Virus record (IMG/VR): IMGVR_UViG_3300011008_000034
Location: 113,648 to 177,647 of that record
Reading direction: 5' to 3' (one strand)
Source: a virus
Taxonomy: Duplodnaviria > Caudoviricetes
DNA: 64,000 nt
In this document: positions 29,657-39,969 of the stretch, piece after piece
Layout: each line of letters starts with the position of its first letter
Position numbering within the stretch: the stretch's first letter is position 1
Made by a program: the position numbers and the translations under genes
The notes under the pieces: generated by a model
The model's database searches: none
The model's input: only the letters and a program-made list of their open reading frames with translations
Told to the model about the DNA's origin: nothing

Positions 29657-31585
29657 TTATATTACAATTTCTGACTCAGAAATAACTTTGATTTCTATAT
29701 TTTTGATTCTAAAATATTCGTTTGCTTCTAACTGGATTTTAGCTACTTCACTATGATTAATAATAGATAATGATACTTTGTCTAAATCAACCTGAGTAAT
29801 TCCATAAGTATCTCTTGCAAATGCTACTAAAGTAGATTCTTCTAAGACGTCACCCATTCTTAATAAATTATTGACATAATTTGATATTTTTGTTGTTATA
29901 GTTCCTGATACTACAGACGAATCTACATTTTCAGTACAATAACAAGTCATTAATATTTGCACAGGTACTTCGTAAGCTTCTCTCATTAAAATATCTGCAG
30001 TTAAGATTTTTATAGAATTCATATCTTGTTGCAATAAATAAATTAATGTATTATATGTGTAACTAATATTTAATGAATCTCCTTCTTGCAAGATATTATC
30101 TTTTAGCCAATGAATACGATTAGTAGCAAATACGCTGCCGCCTAAATCTTCATTAATTAATGATTCATATTTTTGTCCTGAATAATCATTTTTTAGTAAT
30201 ATGTAATCAGGTGTATCGTAATACCGAAGGAATATGCGGTCATCACGCTTCACGAATGTTCTCCCGTTTAATCGTTTATCAACAGCTATAATTTTATATG
30301 GAATACCATTGAAATACACTTTCTGGAACATCGGAGGAACTTCGTATTGTGATATGTCTTCATAAGTAACAAGACTCCAATTGATATTATAATTAATATT
30401 TTCCAAATAATTTAAAGCGTCTTTTAATTCTTCATCTAATTGCTTTTTCAAAATTTCGACTTCAGTTGCGTCTTGAATATCTAATGGATATAAATCTACA
30501 TCAGGGAATGTGTCAGTAATAGAAAAATCCCATAAAATATCTTTAAAATATGTTTCTTGTTCAACATTATCTAATACACCATATTCAACTTCATATTTAT
30601 CAGCATTTTCATATACATATCCAGATGTATTAGAAGTAATTGATGTAATTGAATAAACCGGCTGATTATATAATGTAATATCTTTATCTTCACGAGATAA
30701 ATATTCTGTGGTGATTTGATGTTGGTAAGTAGATTCCATTAATTGTCTTCCGCGAATCCAAATATCTACCATGCCGCCACGTCCAAAAACATATTCGCCA
30801 GCAACATTTAGATATCCACCATCACGAAACATAATCTGATCTCCACCACCAACAACCAATGCATCTTCTACATAATCTTGTTGAATAACATATTTTAGAT
30901 ATCCATTTTTAGTACAAATACTGGCTCCTAAAACTGACAACATAATCCTGAAACGAAGAGATATGTCATTTTCCATATCTTCTCCGCCTTGTGTAGCAGA
31001 GACATTAGCCACACTGTCAATTCCTTCAATTGGAGATGTAGCAATTAATATTGTACCAGATGATACATTAGAATCCTGTCCTGCTTCAACTGCTTCTATG
31101 GGAACTTCAATATATTTATAATTATTCGTATAATCAGTTAAAAGACTTAGTATTTCATTACGTGTAATAAATACAGATTCTGTAGTAATGAATTCTACAT
31201 AAGGAACGACACTTGTTTCTACTGTAGCTACTCTAAAATTTAATGGAATATAAATAGATGCAGGCAAATCTTCTGTTTTAACATCTTGTTTATTTGTATT
31301 AGTAACGTAAAATCTTATTGTTCCAGTAGATTTTGTAGCGGTTTTTCTCATTGCAAAATAATTTCCTGCTATTCTATCTAAATCTTGTCCAGAAGCAGTT
31401 AAAACAGATTGATTGATTTCCATAATCTTTAAATCTGCATATGTTGCTCCAAGTTCATCAGATACTGGCATAATAATTACATCTGATGTCCAAGTACCAG
31501 GTTTTGTATCTGCACTAGGTAATCGGTCATTTACTCCATTTCTTAAACTTTGAGAGATTTCATCAAACATTTTTTGTCTAATCAA
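29657..31585 (-). CDS. Baseplate J-like wedge protein
   Basis: TASGQDLDRIA...RKTATKSTG, VPIEAVEAG..SNV, SVAN..ATQGGEDMEND..LRFRI, GMVDIWI. Confidence 0.9.
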   Translation of the reverse strand: MIRQKMFDEISQSLRNGVNDRLPSADTKPGTWTSDVIIMPVSDELGATYADLKIMEINQSVLTASGQDLDRIAGNYFAMRKTATKSTGTIRFYVTNTNKQDVKTEDLPASIYIPLNFRVATVETSVVPYVEFITTESVFITRNEILSLLTDYTNNYKYIEVPIEAVEAGQDSNVSSGTILIATSPIEGIDSVANVSATQGGEDMENDISLRFRIMLSVLGASICTKNGYLKYVIQQDYVEDALVVGGGDQIMFRDGGYLNVAGEYVFGRGGMVDIWIRGRQLMESTYQHQITTEYLSREDKDITLYNQPVYSITSITSNTSGYVYENADKYEVEYGVLDNVEQETYFKDILWDFSITDTFPDVDLYPLDIQDATEVEILKKQLDEELKDALNYLENINYNINWSLVTYEDISQYEVPPMFQKVYFNGIPYKIIAVDKRLNGRTFVKRDDRIFLRYYDTPDYILLKNDYSGQKYESLINEDLGGSVFATNRIHWLKDNILQEGDSLNISYTYNTLIYLLQQDMNSIKILTADILMREAYEVPVQILMTCYCTENVDSSVVSGTITTKISNYVNNLLRMGDVLEESTLVAFARDTYGITQVDLDKVSLSIINHSEVAKIQLEANEYFRIKNIEIKVISESEIVI

Positions 31586-31598
31586 ACATATTCACCTC

Positions 31599-32087
31599 CT
31601 ATCCTGTATAAATAGTTTGGTCATAAATTTCATTGCTTTGATTTTTTATTGTTACATTTATATCGTATCCACGAGAAAATTGTGTTGTTTGAATAGATTC
31701 TACATCTAATAGAATTTCATCACTAGTCATATTATCATATGATGCATTTTGAGATTGTTGTAACATTTTTAGATAATCTAATGACATACGTATAGCCATT
31801 TCACATTTTGCTACAGGCATATTAGTCATTTTTGTACCAATGATATTATGAATTGTTGAACCCCATCTATCAAAAAATAAATTATTCCCTCGTTCATCAT
31901 TAATTATTTTTAATACTTCTTGTTGAAGTTTTATTGTTCCTGTTGCTAATACTGGATTTCCAGTAGGGTCAAATGATATATCATAATAATACCCTTTCCC
32001 TAAACATTTAGGACATAAATCGTAAGTATATTGTTTTCCATTTGAATAATGGTCACATTGACAAAACATTTTAATATCTGTCGACAT
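31599..32087 (-). CDS. Baseplate wedge/sheath-initiator protein (gp25/gpW-like) with an N-terminal Cys cluster
   Basis: Position just before J; DISFD..G...KLQQEVLKI...RGNN.F...WGS; CQC...CPKCLGKG. Confidence 0.7.
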   Translation of the reverse strand: MSTDIKMFCQCDHYSNGKQYTYDLCPKCLGKGYYYDISFDPTGNPVLATGTIKLQQEVLKIINDERGNNLFFDRWGSTIHNIIGTKMTNMPVAKCEMAIRMSLDYLKMLQQSQNASYDNMTSDEILLDVESIQTTQFSRGYDINVTIKNQSNEIYDQTIYTG

Positions 32088-32110
32088 AAAATCCCCTCCA
32101 AATATGGAGA

Positions 32111-33007
32111 TTAATTATTCTTCTGGCTTGCAGTATTTTCGTTCATAGCACCAACGTTACTCTGTACAGCACCAGCGGTTCTATTGATTCCATCATGAGT
32201 TAATTCTAATGATGTTTTACCACCAGTAAGCATACTAATTCCTTGTGGTGTTATTCTTAAACCAGAACGCTGTTCTTTTGATGCACCTTGTGCTGAGATT
32301 TCTATAAATCCATTATCTGCATCCATTCTAATCCATAATTCACAAGATGCTTTAACTTTTTGGTCTCCTTCTTTCGCATCACGGTCTTGGTCGCCTGCAT
32401 TTGCAGCTGCAAATATATCTAATTTATTACTCCAACGAGTATGAATATAGTTATTTCCTGCACCTTTTATCATGATTTCACCAGGTTTTAAATATGGTTT
32501 GCATGATTTAAAATCTGGATTCAAATATCCTAAAATATAAACATCATGACGTCGTCCAAAACCTACAATAACTTCAGAATTTAAGGGAGGAATATAATTA
32601 ATTCCTGCCCAAGTATCTTGTCCTACCCACATGAATGGATATGATAATGGAATTTTTTCTTCATTTGATTTATTTGTTACTTCATCTAATACTCTATCTT
32701 CAGGATTATAACTAATATCTTTATAATCTGTCATATTACTTTGTCTAGGAGATATATATCCAGCAATTTCCATCGTTAAAATAACTTTTCCAGTTGTTTC
32801 ATTAACAGCTGTTTTTACATCCAACATGTTATATGTTGTTGGAGATAAGTTGTTTAATTGCGGATTCCAAATCCTAGCGGAACGGATAAACATGATTGTA
32901 TTATCATCTAATTTATTATCTTTCGTTTGTCCATATTCAATATGAGCATCGGTCGGCTCTACATAAGTAAACGAACCATCGTGATATAAATAAGGCATTA
33001 ATATCAC
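32111..33007 (-). CDS. Baseplate central spike (gpV/gp5 OB-fold-like)
   Basis: GINYIPPLNSEVIVGF...YILGY...LKPGEIMIKG followed by a beta-rich C-terminus; synteny. Confidence 0.65.
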   Translation of the reverse strand: MILMPYLYHDGSFTYVEPTDAHIEYGQTKDNKLDDNTIMFIRSARIWNPQLNNLSPTTYNMLDVKTAVNETTGKVILTMEIAGYISPRQSNMTDYKDISYNPEDRVLDEVTNKSNEEKIPLSYPFMWVGQDTWAGINYIPPLNSEVIVGFGRRHDVYILGYLNPDFKSCKPYLKPGEIMIKGAGNNYIHTRWSNKLDIFAAANAGDQDRDAKEGDQKVKASCELWIRMDADNGFIEISAQGASKEQRSGLRITPQGISMLTGGKTSLELTHDGINRTAGAVQSNVGAMNENTASQKNN

Positions 33008-33022
33008 TCCTTTCTAAAAAAA

Positions 33023-33050
33023 ATATACCTCGAAATGAATCAAGGTATAT
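33023..33050 (-). terminator. Probable terminator
   Basis: ATATACCT...AGGTATAT stem followed by a poly-T run on the minus strand. Confidence 0.5.
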
Positions 33051-33055
33051 CAATT

Positions 33056-33661
33056 TTAAAAATTTGTTGGACCACTTAATCCTCCACCAATTGTATATGA
33101 TTTTCCGGAAACTTTTCCAATTATTGGACTACTTCCAATATCTGTATTTAATTTTCCCGCTGATATTCCATTAACAGTTTGTTGCCCAGATATTGTTGAA
33201 GTAGCTGTTGAAATATTTGTTGAATTTGTCGAATTTTTTGCTTTTTCAGTAGCTGCATTTTTTGCTTCATTTAATTTATCCATGGCTCCAGCTTTTGCCG
33301 AATCAGTACTGGGAATACCAGATTTTGCATCACCAATTGATTTTGCTTTTGATACCATTTTTGTAATGTTTTCAGCTATTTTTAAAATCTTTTGAGCACC
33401 TCTTAATTTTCCAGCTAAATCAGGTAACAATGCATCAGGAGTAGCCATAGCTAATACTCCTGCAGCGTCACCTAATTTTCCCATTAATCCACCTAAATTA
33501 AAAACATTAGATAAATTGCTCATGTTTTTTAAATTATCAGCCATAGATTTCATTTCATCTAATTTTCCTGTAACTGATGATGCTGCATTTTTTGCAGAAG
33601 TCGTTGCTCCGGAAACTGCATTTGAAGCTTGAGCTTTTGCTCCTGAAATTGGATTAGCCAT
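33056..33661 (-). CDS. Low-complexity Ala/Ser/Lys-rich hypothetical protein in the tail module
   Basis: 201-aa ORF with GAGGTG SD. Confidence 0.7.
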   Translation of the reverse strand: MANPISGAKAQASNAVSGATTSAKNAASSVTGKLDEMKSMADNLKNMSNLSNVFNLGGLMGKLGDAAGVLAMATPDALLPDLAGKLRGAQKILKIAENITKMVSKAKSIGDAKSGIPSTDSAKAGAMDKLNEAKNAATEKAKNSTNSTNISTATSTISGQQTVNGISAGKLNTDIGSSPIIGKVSGKSYTIGGGLSGPTNF

Positions 33662-33717
33662 TTATTTTTTCACCTCTTCAATTGATTATGACGAAGTTTT
33701 GTTAAAATTTCTGAATC

Positions 33718-35739
33718 TTATACATTTTTTTCTATTCTTTTTCGTTCAGCATTAACATCATCTTTGTTTTGAATGTTATTATTATTTCGTTGTATTTCCT
33801 TTTTATTTCCTTCACTTGAAATTCCAGTAATTGTTCCTTTGCTATTATTTATGCATCTATAATTATTATCAAATTCTTGTTCTGTAATTACATCCTTGAT
33901 TTCACCGTCACGACCCGTTATGGTTTCCGTTTTTGTTCTTTTTATTTCTGGTTCTTGAGCTTGTGATTGACGACCTTCCGTTGTTTTTGAATCTGTTGTT
34001 TCTCCTTTTGAAGGGACTTTATATTCACCTAATACTAAGTTTTTAGGGATAATTATTGCCGCATCAATATAATTAGTCAAAACAATATTAATTTGTTCTT
34101 CTATTTGCGCAAGAGAATTTCCAAATTTTCCTTCATTTAATGCTATAATAGCATATTTTAATTCATCAAATTGTTGTTGTATATTACTTTGTTCTAATAC
34201 ATCTTTAAATGCTTCTATGGTTTCATATGTTTTTAAATCTAGGTCTGATTTCCATTTTATTTGTGTTCCAGCTTTATCTGATGTCATTGTTACGTTTGTA
34301 GCAGATGATTTTACGCCTGCGCTATTTGCTAAATTATCTGCTATATTTTTTACATATGTTCCGTAATCTCTTCCATCTTGTTTATTTATTTCACCATTAT
34401 TTATTTCACCATTAATATTTGTAACGCCTTTATATACAAATTTTGTTCTATCAAAATCATAAATAAAGATTTCAAAATCACCAATTTTTTGTGGCGTTTC
34501 TTGAATTTGGCCATTAGGTAAACGTGTTTGTTGGACTTTATAAAATTCTCCCGTACTTTTTCCAGTTCTACGATTCCATTTTAAATTATATGTTTCTGAA
34601 TCCCAAGGCTCATTAGCATTATTTGCTTCTTTTAATGCTAATGTTGTCCATTTATCTGCTCGTTTTTCTTCATCGGATTTTTCTTGAGCAGCTTTCATTG
34701 CTGGTTGTGAAATATCTATTCCATATTCTTTTATAGCAATAGATTTTACAGTGTCTCCAGCAAGTACAGTGTATTCTTTAAAATTATTAGTATCTCGATA
34801 TTTTTTTGATTCAGATACAATATCAGCCAATTGCGGACAATACCCAGTATTAACATCATAATATGTTTTGTATAATAATAACATCTGATCAATTGCTGAG
34901 GGTTCGCCCATCATACGTCCAAATGTCAATGATAATGTCATTGTTGATTCTTTGTTTGTATTAATATTTCTTCTTATTGCAGATACATAATAAATACTTT
35001 GCGCGTCTGTTTTTTGTGCTGCGTAACTTGCTCGTAATCCTTTATACGATGAACTAGTTCTTATTCCTCCAATAGTACCATTTAAATCACTACCAGATAT
35101 TTCTTTTGAATCACTAACTGCTTCGGCTGCTTTTTCTTCAGTTCCGTTATTTGCTGAAACGTTGTCTTTTGTTTTTTCAGCACTTTGCACTTGTGCTTTA
35201 TCTCCCATTACTTCTGGAGAACTATCTTTTTTATTACTTTGTTCTTCTGTTTTTACAGTTAATTTTGGAAGTTCTATATTTACCACATCTTTTCCCATTG
35301 ATGAAAATGCTGAGACTATTCCTCCATTTACTGCATTTTGAGCATTTTGTAATGATTGATAATTATGTTGATTTGACATATTTCCCCATGCAGAAGGAGC
35401 ACTAGACCCATTTTCTTGAGAAGCTAATGGCTTATGAGGATGTTCATCATATGCAAAAAATCTTACAGGATTTCCAATTTTTATAGCACTATCATCTATC
35501 ATACTTAATGTACCTGAATAACGTTCAGCTACAGATTTTGCACACATCATATATCCTAATACATGCGCATTTTCTTTATTTCCCATATGAGGAATATTAA
35601 AAGTTCGTGGAGACGGACGACATCCAAAACGAATCATAGAATTAATATCAGGAAATACTCGACGAATTTTTCCCAATGGACCTGCTTGTTCATAAGGAGA
35701 ATGATCTCCAATAATTTCGACTTCATACATATTGTAAAA
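33718..35739 (-). CDS. Baseplate hub-like protein, exon 2 (contains LysM)
   Basis: Begins TTT TAC AAT ATG directly after the intron's terminal G and is in frame with exon 1; IKIGNPVRF...YYVSAIRR...MTLSLTFGR hub C-terminal pattern; LysM YTVLAGDTVKSIA. Confidence 0.8.
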   Translation of the reverse strand, partial: FYNMYEVEIIGDHSPYEQAGPLGKIRRVFPDINSMIRFGCRPSPRTFNIPHMGNKENAHVLGYMMCAKSVAERYSGTLSMIDDSAIKIGNPVRFFAYDEHPHKPLASQENGSSAPSAWGNMSNQHNYQSLQNAQNAVNGGIVSAFSSMGKDVVNIELPKLTVKTEEQSNKKDSSPEVMGDKAQVQSAEKTKDNVSANNGTEEKAAEAVSDSKEISGSDLNGTIGGIRTSSSYKGLRASYAAQKTDAQSIYYVSAIRRNINTNKESTMTLSLTFGRMMGEPSAIDQMLLLYKTYYDVNTGYCPQLADIVSESKKYRDTNNFKEYTVLAGDTVKSIAIKEYGIDISQPAMKAAQEKSDEEKRADKWTTLALKEANNANEPWDSETYNLKWNRRTGKSTGEFYKVQQTRLPNGQIQETPQKIGDFEIFIYDFDRTKFVYKGVTNINGEINNGEINKQDGRDYGTYVKNIADNLANSAGVKSSATNVTMTSDKAGTQIKWKSDLDLKTYETIEAFKDVLEQSNIQQQFDELKYAIIALNEGKFGNSLAQIEEQINIVLTNYIDAAIIIPKNLVLGEYKVPSKGETTDSKTTEGRQSQAQEPEIKRTKTETITGRDGEIKDVITEQEFDNNYRCINNSKGTITGISSEGNKKEIQRNNNNIQNKDDVNAERKRIEKNV

Positions 35740-35880
35740 CTGTTATATTTAACTAAAAGTTAAATTTGCTATTTCATCGAACCCCATTTTGTCGAAACTA
35801 ATTTGGTTTGTATAGTTCTCAATAGCTTAAAGTTGTAACAACAACTCTAAAGTTAATACTTTTCTTATTAAGTATTATAC
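35740..35880 (-). ncRNA. Putative TnpB omegaRNA scaffold, also the intron's 3' end
   Basis: Stem-rich non-coding segment right after tnpB: AGAGTTGT/ACAACTTT, GCTATT..GAAC/GTTC..AATAGC, and subterminal ATTTAACT-TTT-AGTTAAAT; its position matches known omegaRNAs. Confidence 0.6.
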
Positions 35881-37022
35881 TTTTCTAAATTTTTAGCTGC
35901 ATTTAAATCTCGATCTATTATTAATTTACAAATTGGACATTTATATATTCTAACATTTAATTTTAAATTCTTTTTTATATGTCCACAGTTTGAACATGTT
36001 TTTGAGCTAGGATAAAATCTATCAGCTAATACAAATTCAATTCCTTCAAATTTACATTTGTATTTTATTTGTCGCTTAAATTCATAAAATTTTTGTTCAG
36101 ATATACTTTTTGCAAGATATTTATTTTTCATCATTCCTCTAACATTTAAATCTTCCATCACAATTCGTTTTGGATGTTGATTAATTAAAAACCTTGTTAT
36201 TTGATGAATATAATTATTACGTATGTTAGTTTGTTTTGCACATAATCTTTGATATTTTTGAACTTCTTTAAAATATCTATTTGAACAACGTATTTTATTT
36301 TTTTTATTTATACGATATTTTCTAGCCAAATTTCTTTGAACATGTTTTATTTGTGATTCTAATTTTTTCATTTTTTTAGATCGATTAATATTATTAAATG
36401 CGAATTGTTTATTTCCAAAAGAAACAACAGCTAATTTTTTTACTCCAAGGTCAATACCCATACTATCGTTATTTGCATTATTATTATTATTTACTTGGTT
36501 ATCGTATTTTAATGCAAATGATAAAATCCATTTTCCATTTTTTAATGATATTCTAGGATTAATTGCGTGTAATTTAAATCTTCCCAATGGAAAATTAAAT
36601 TTTGTTTTACATTTTACTTTTCCGCATTTTTCAATATTTACTAAATTTTTTGTTCGAAAATAAACATTCGTTTGACATGTAGGAAAAGATAACTTTGTTT
36701 TATGCTTACTTTTAAATTTAGGATATCCTTGATTTCCATTGAAAAAATTTTGAAATGCAAAATGCATATCGGTACATATTATTTGTAATGATGCATTGGC
36801 TATTTCTTGAAGCCAATCATGTTGACCATCATATTTTAAATTTTTTGTTATTTCCATCATGTCAAATCTTGATATATGTTTATTGTTTAATTTATATTCA
36901 TTATTTTGACATTCAAGTAAATAATTATATATATACCTGCAACATCCTATATGTTTTAAAAATAATTCTTCTTGTTCTTTTGTTGGATATAACCTTATTT
37001 TATAACCTTTTATTATTGTCAC
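35868..37022 (-). CDS. tnpB: TnpB RNA-guided endonuclease (IS200/IS605/IS607 OrfB family)
   Basis: KGYKIRLYPTKEQ HTH, GYPKFKSK, RuvC-I GIDLG, RuvC-II VMEDL, PSSKTCSNCG/CPIC Zn finger, RuvC-III DRDLNAA; GTG start at 37022 after AGGAGGTG. Confidence 0.95.
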   Translation of the reverse strand: MTIIKGYKIRLYPTKEQEELFLKHIGCCRYIYNYLLECQNNEYKLNNKHISRFDMMEITKNLKYDGQHDWLQEIANASLQIICTDMHFAFQNFFNGNQGYPKFKSKHKTKLSFPTCQTNVYFRTKNLVNIEKCGKVKCKTKFNFPLGRFKLHAINPRISLKNGKWILSFALKYDNQVNNNNNANNDSMGIDLGVKKLAVVSFGNKQFAFNNINRSKKMKKLESQIKHVQRNLARKYRINKKNKIRCSNRYFKEVQKYQRLCAKQTNIRNNYIHQITRFLINQHPKRIVMEDLNVRGMMKNKYLAKSISEQKFYEFKRQIKYKCKFEGIEFVLADRFYPSSKTCSNCGHIKKNLKLNVRIYKCPICKLIIDRDLNAAKNLEKYNT

Positions 37023-37059
37023 AATTTTCACCTCCTTTATAATTAAATAAAAGAAATGA

Positions 37060-37458
37060 ATAAATTTAACTACCGTTCGTTAGACGTGTTAGCTATTTTA
37101 TAGCTCTCTTATTTTCATAAGAGCATAGACTATATCATTCTCACCATATCATTTCATTTTATAAAACGAAATGACTTAGGTTTTGTCCCCCACTTCCCAG
37201 TCACTTGACCAGTACGAGCATTTCAGCTACATAGTCGTTGAACCTTCCTCTTTAATAAAAGGAGGATTGGCTGCGGATTGCCCAATTCTTAATGTTTTTA
37301 CCATACATGAGTAATTAATTCATCCATAATAATATCACTATTATTATTTGGTAATTAAGACTCTAAGGGGTTTCCCGCAATTCGAGGGAATACATATAAT
37401 ACGTTTCCATATTATACGAACTATTTCATATTAGAAAGTCGATATCTAATATGATTTA
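37060..37458 (-). ncRNA. Group I ribozyme core (IA2-like)
   Basis: P GAATTGCGGGAAA (37371-37383), Q AATCCGCAGC (37270-37279), R GTTCAACGACTA (37232-37243), S GATATAGTCT (37127-37136); P7 GACTA/TAGTC with two extra stems after it; GAAA-capped P2 and P9. Confidence 0.92.
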
Positions 37459-39948
37459 ATTTTCGTCACTTTCTTGTGTAGTAAAAGAAATAATATATTC
37501 TTGTGGAATTTCGGGAATTAATGCATCTGTTAATTCAGATAATGTACAATCATACCATTGACGTTTTGCACGTTCCAATTTAGCTTTTGAAATATTTTTT
37601 CCAGTATCTACATATTCATATGTTTCTTTTCCCTTTTTCTCAGCTTCTTCGGCTAATACTTTTGAAGCTGAGCTTGCATTTTCTACTGCTTTTTCATATG
37701 ATGTATTAATATTTAATGCTTCGCCATTTAATTTATATAAATCATTTGGGTCAACATCTTTAAATTTGTCAGGATTTTGTGCTATAATTTCTTTATATTT
37801 ATTTCCGTCTCCCAACCATTTTTCAGCAAGACTAACTAATGTATCTCCTTGTTGTACTCTAATAGTTGTAGTATTATTTGCTAATCTATTTGCTAATCCC
37901 GCAGTATTTGCGGACCCCGATGTACCTAATCTTACGTTTTCATCTTTTGCGTTTATTCCTTGTCTTCGTGTTTGTTCATAAAAACTTTCTTGAGCAGATG
38001 CATTCATAGACTCCTTTTGAGCTTGACTCATATGAACAATTTTCTGTTTATCTGGGTCTCGAACATATAATCCATCACTACCTTTAACTTGACCTTTTTT
38101 GGGGTCTGGTACTGAATCTTTATTTGTTCCAGGTATTTTCATCATGCCATTTTTTAGCATTTCTTCATCTTTACCAATTAAATCATTTTGGATTGGAAGT
38201 TCTTCATCATGTCTAGCCCAATATCCATTAATCATGTTTTTTGTATTAATCTCTTCTGAATCCAATAATCCATCTTTTAATTGTTCATATCCCATATTAT
38301 TTTTTACAAGACGATTTGCTCCAAGTGCATAATTAGGCGCTTTTAATACAATATTTCCTTCTTCATCTGCAAAAAATTCTAATAATAAATCTTGAGCAGC
38401 GCGTTTACAAACAGATAATCTTGTTTCAGCTGAAGCGGACATAAGTTGGTCAGATGCTGCTTGTTTGATATTAAAAGTAAAAGGTGGAAATTCAATTGGT
38501 TCTATTCTTTCTCTTAAATACCATGTTGGAATACCAGCATCTAAACATAATTGCGTTACTATTTCTACTAATCTTAATCCTGCAAAAATATTTTGCATTG
38601 TCATGCTTTTCCATGCAGCATGTAATGCACGTTCTTCTTCTTTATTAGCACTGGAAATATTTTTTTCCTTCATAATTGCTAATACTTCAAATGGATTAAA
38701 AATTTCTACAGTACCAAAATTTTTATTATCAATATTTCCCCATCTTAAGTCTAATCCTGTATTTCCCATCGATGCACCGGCAATCATGGTAGGATTTGTA
38801 GAAACATAACTCAATTCAAGCATTTTTAATTGGTCTTGTGCTGTTATCATAATTTGACATCCAGCATTTGCTCCTGAAGTATGTGTCTTTTTGACCGAAT
38901 TAATATATCCGAAGAATATTTGATTCATTTTAAAATCATTAGTTTGTTCATCACGTTCAAAATTTGATTTACCAAATACCCATACTTCATCCATACTTTC
39001 CCAATCACATTTTTCAGCAAACTTCCAACCAGATGTAGGACCAGGAGTATCATCAACGTTTTTTACTTTTTCATATGCCATTGGATATTCAGTTGGAAGG
39101 TTTAACGTAACTGTTTTTCCGTTTCCGTAATCAAATGTTGCTTCAGTTGTAGTAGCTTTTTCATTATCAAATGTAGTTTTTTCAGTAATTTTTGTCGTTT
39201 TGTTAATTGCAGTAAAAGTACGATTTCCTACTTTTGTTTTAGATATATCTCCATCTTTTGTTTCATTTGTTGCTGCAAATTTAGTTGCTCCACCTTGTTC
39301 AGTGTTACTATCAATTCTATTTTGGTCGGTTTTTGCCCCATTTCTTTGACCCATAGAATTATTTCCATCGCGATAAATATCTGCATATCCAGGATTTTCC
39401 ATTCCATTTATCATTCTATTCATAGATGGAATTCCCGTTTCAACGAATGTATCTTGTTCATAACACATTACTCTTTCTGCACCTTGAATGGTTAATGAAC
39501 ATGTTCCTGACGATAATATTGAAGTTGAAATAGATACATTGACAAAATTATCTATTTTATAAGTGCGCATATAATTTCCTTTACTTGCTTTGTCTTTATC
39601 TATTTCACCAACAGACATTCTTTGATTTGCTGCATTAGCTGCATAAAATAATTTTTTTCTAATAAATACAACGTAATCTTGTTTAAAATTAACAATTTTT
39701 TTAGAACCAGCTCGTTGTTTATATTGTTCTTGTATGCCCTCTAAATGTTGAGGTTGGTCATACATTTTATATTTAGAACCTTGTAAAATATCATCACTAG
39801 CACTTAATTCAATGGTGCCAGCATCAACATTATAGCCTACTCGTTGATCGCTTTCAGGAGTAGAATAAGGGTCTTTTCCAGATTTTCCATCATTTTGATT
39901 TGTACTTTGTATAGCATTTGTTTCTTTAGTCTTATCGTTTTCTGACAT
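37459..39948 (-). CDS. Baseplate hub-like protein, exon 1 (contains LysM); spliced product 1503 aa
   Basis: QIFFGYINSV...ITAQDQLKML, LEFFADEEGNIVLKAP hub (gp27/gpD-like) pattern; LysM VQQGDTLVSLAEKWLGDG. Confidence 0.8.
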
Positions 39949-39969
39949 ATCATCACGCCTTTATATTAA

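Larger units (their letters stand above)
35740..37458 (-). mobile_element. Group I intron carrying tnpB (IStron-like, no tnpA), 1719 nt
   Basis: 5' splice site after U (GAAAAT|TAA) and 3' end ...ATAACAG|; removal restores the frame (ESDEN-FYNMYEV). Confidence 0.88.

Noticed and set aside
35868-37022. TnpB as a Cas12f-type CRISPR effector
   Set aside because: No repeat-spacer array nearby; it lies inside an intron with an omegaRNA-like tail
33718-39948. Two independent genes, or a hub pseudogene broken by an IS
   Set aside because: An intact group I core and exact in-frame rejoining at U|...G| explain the split
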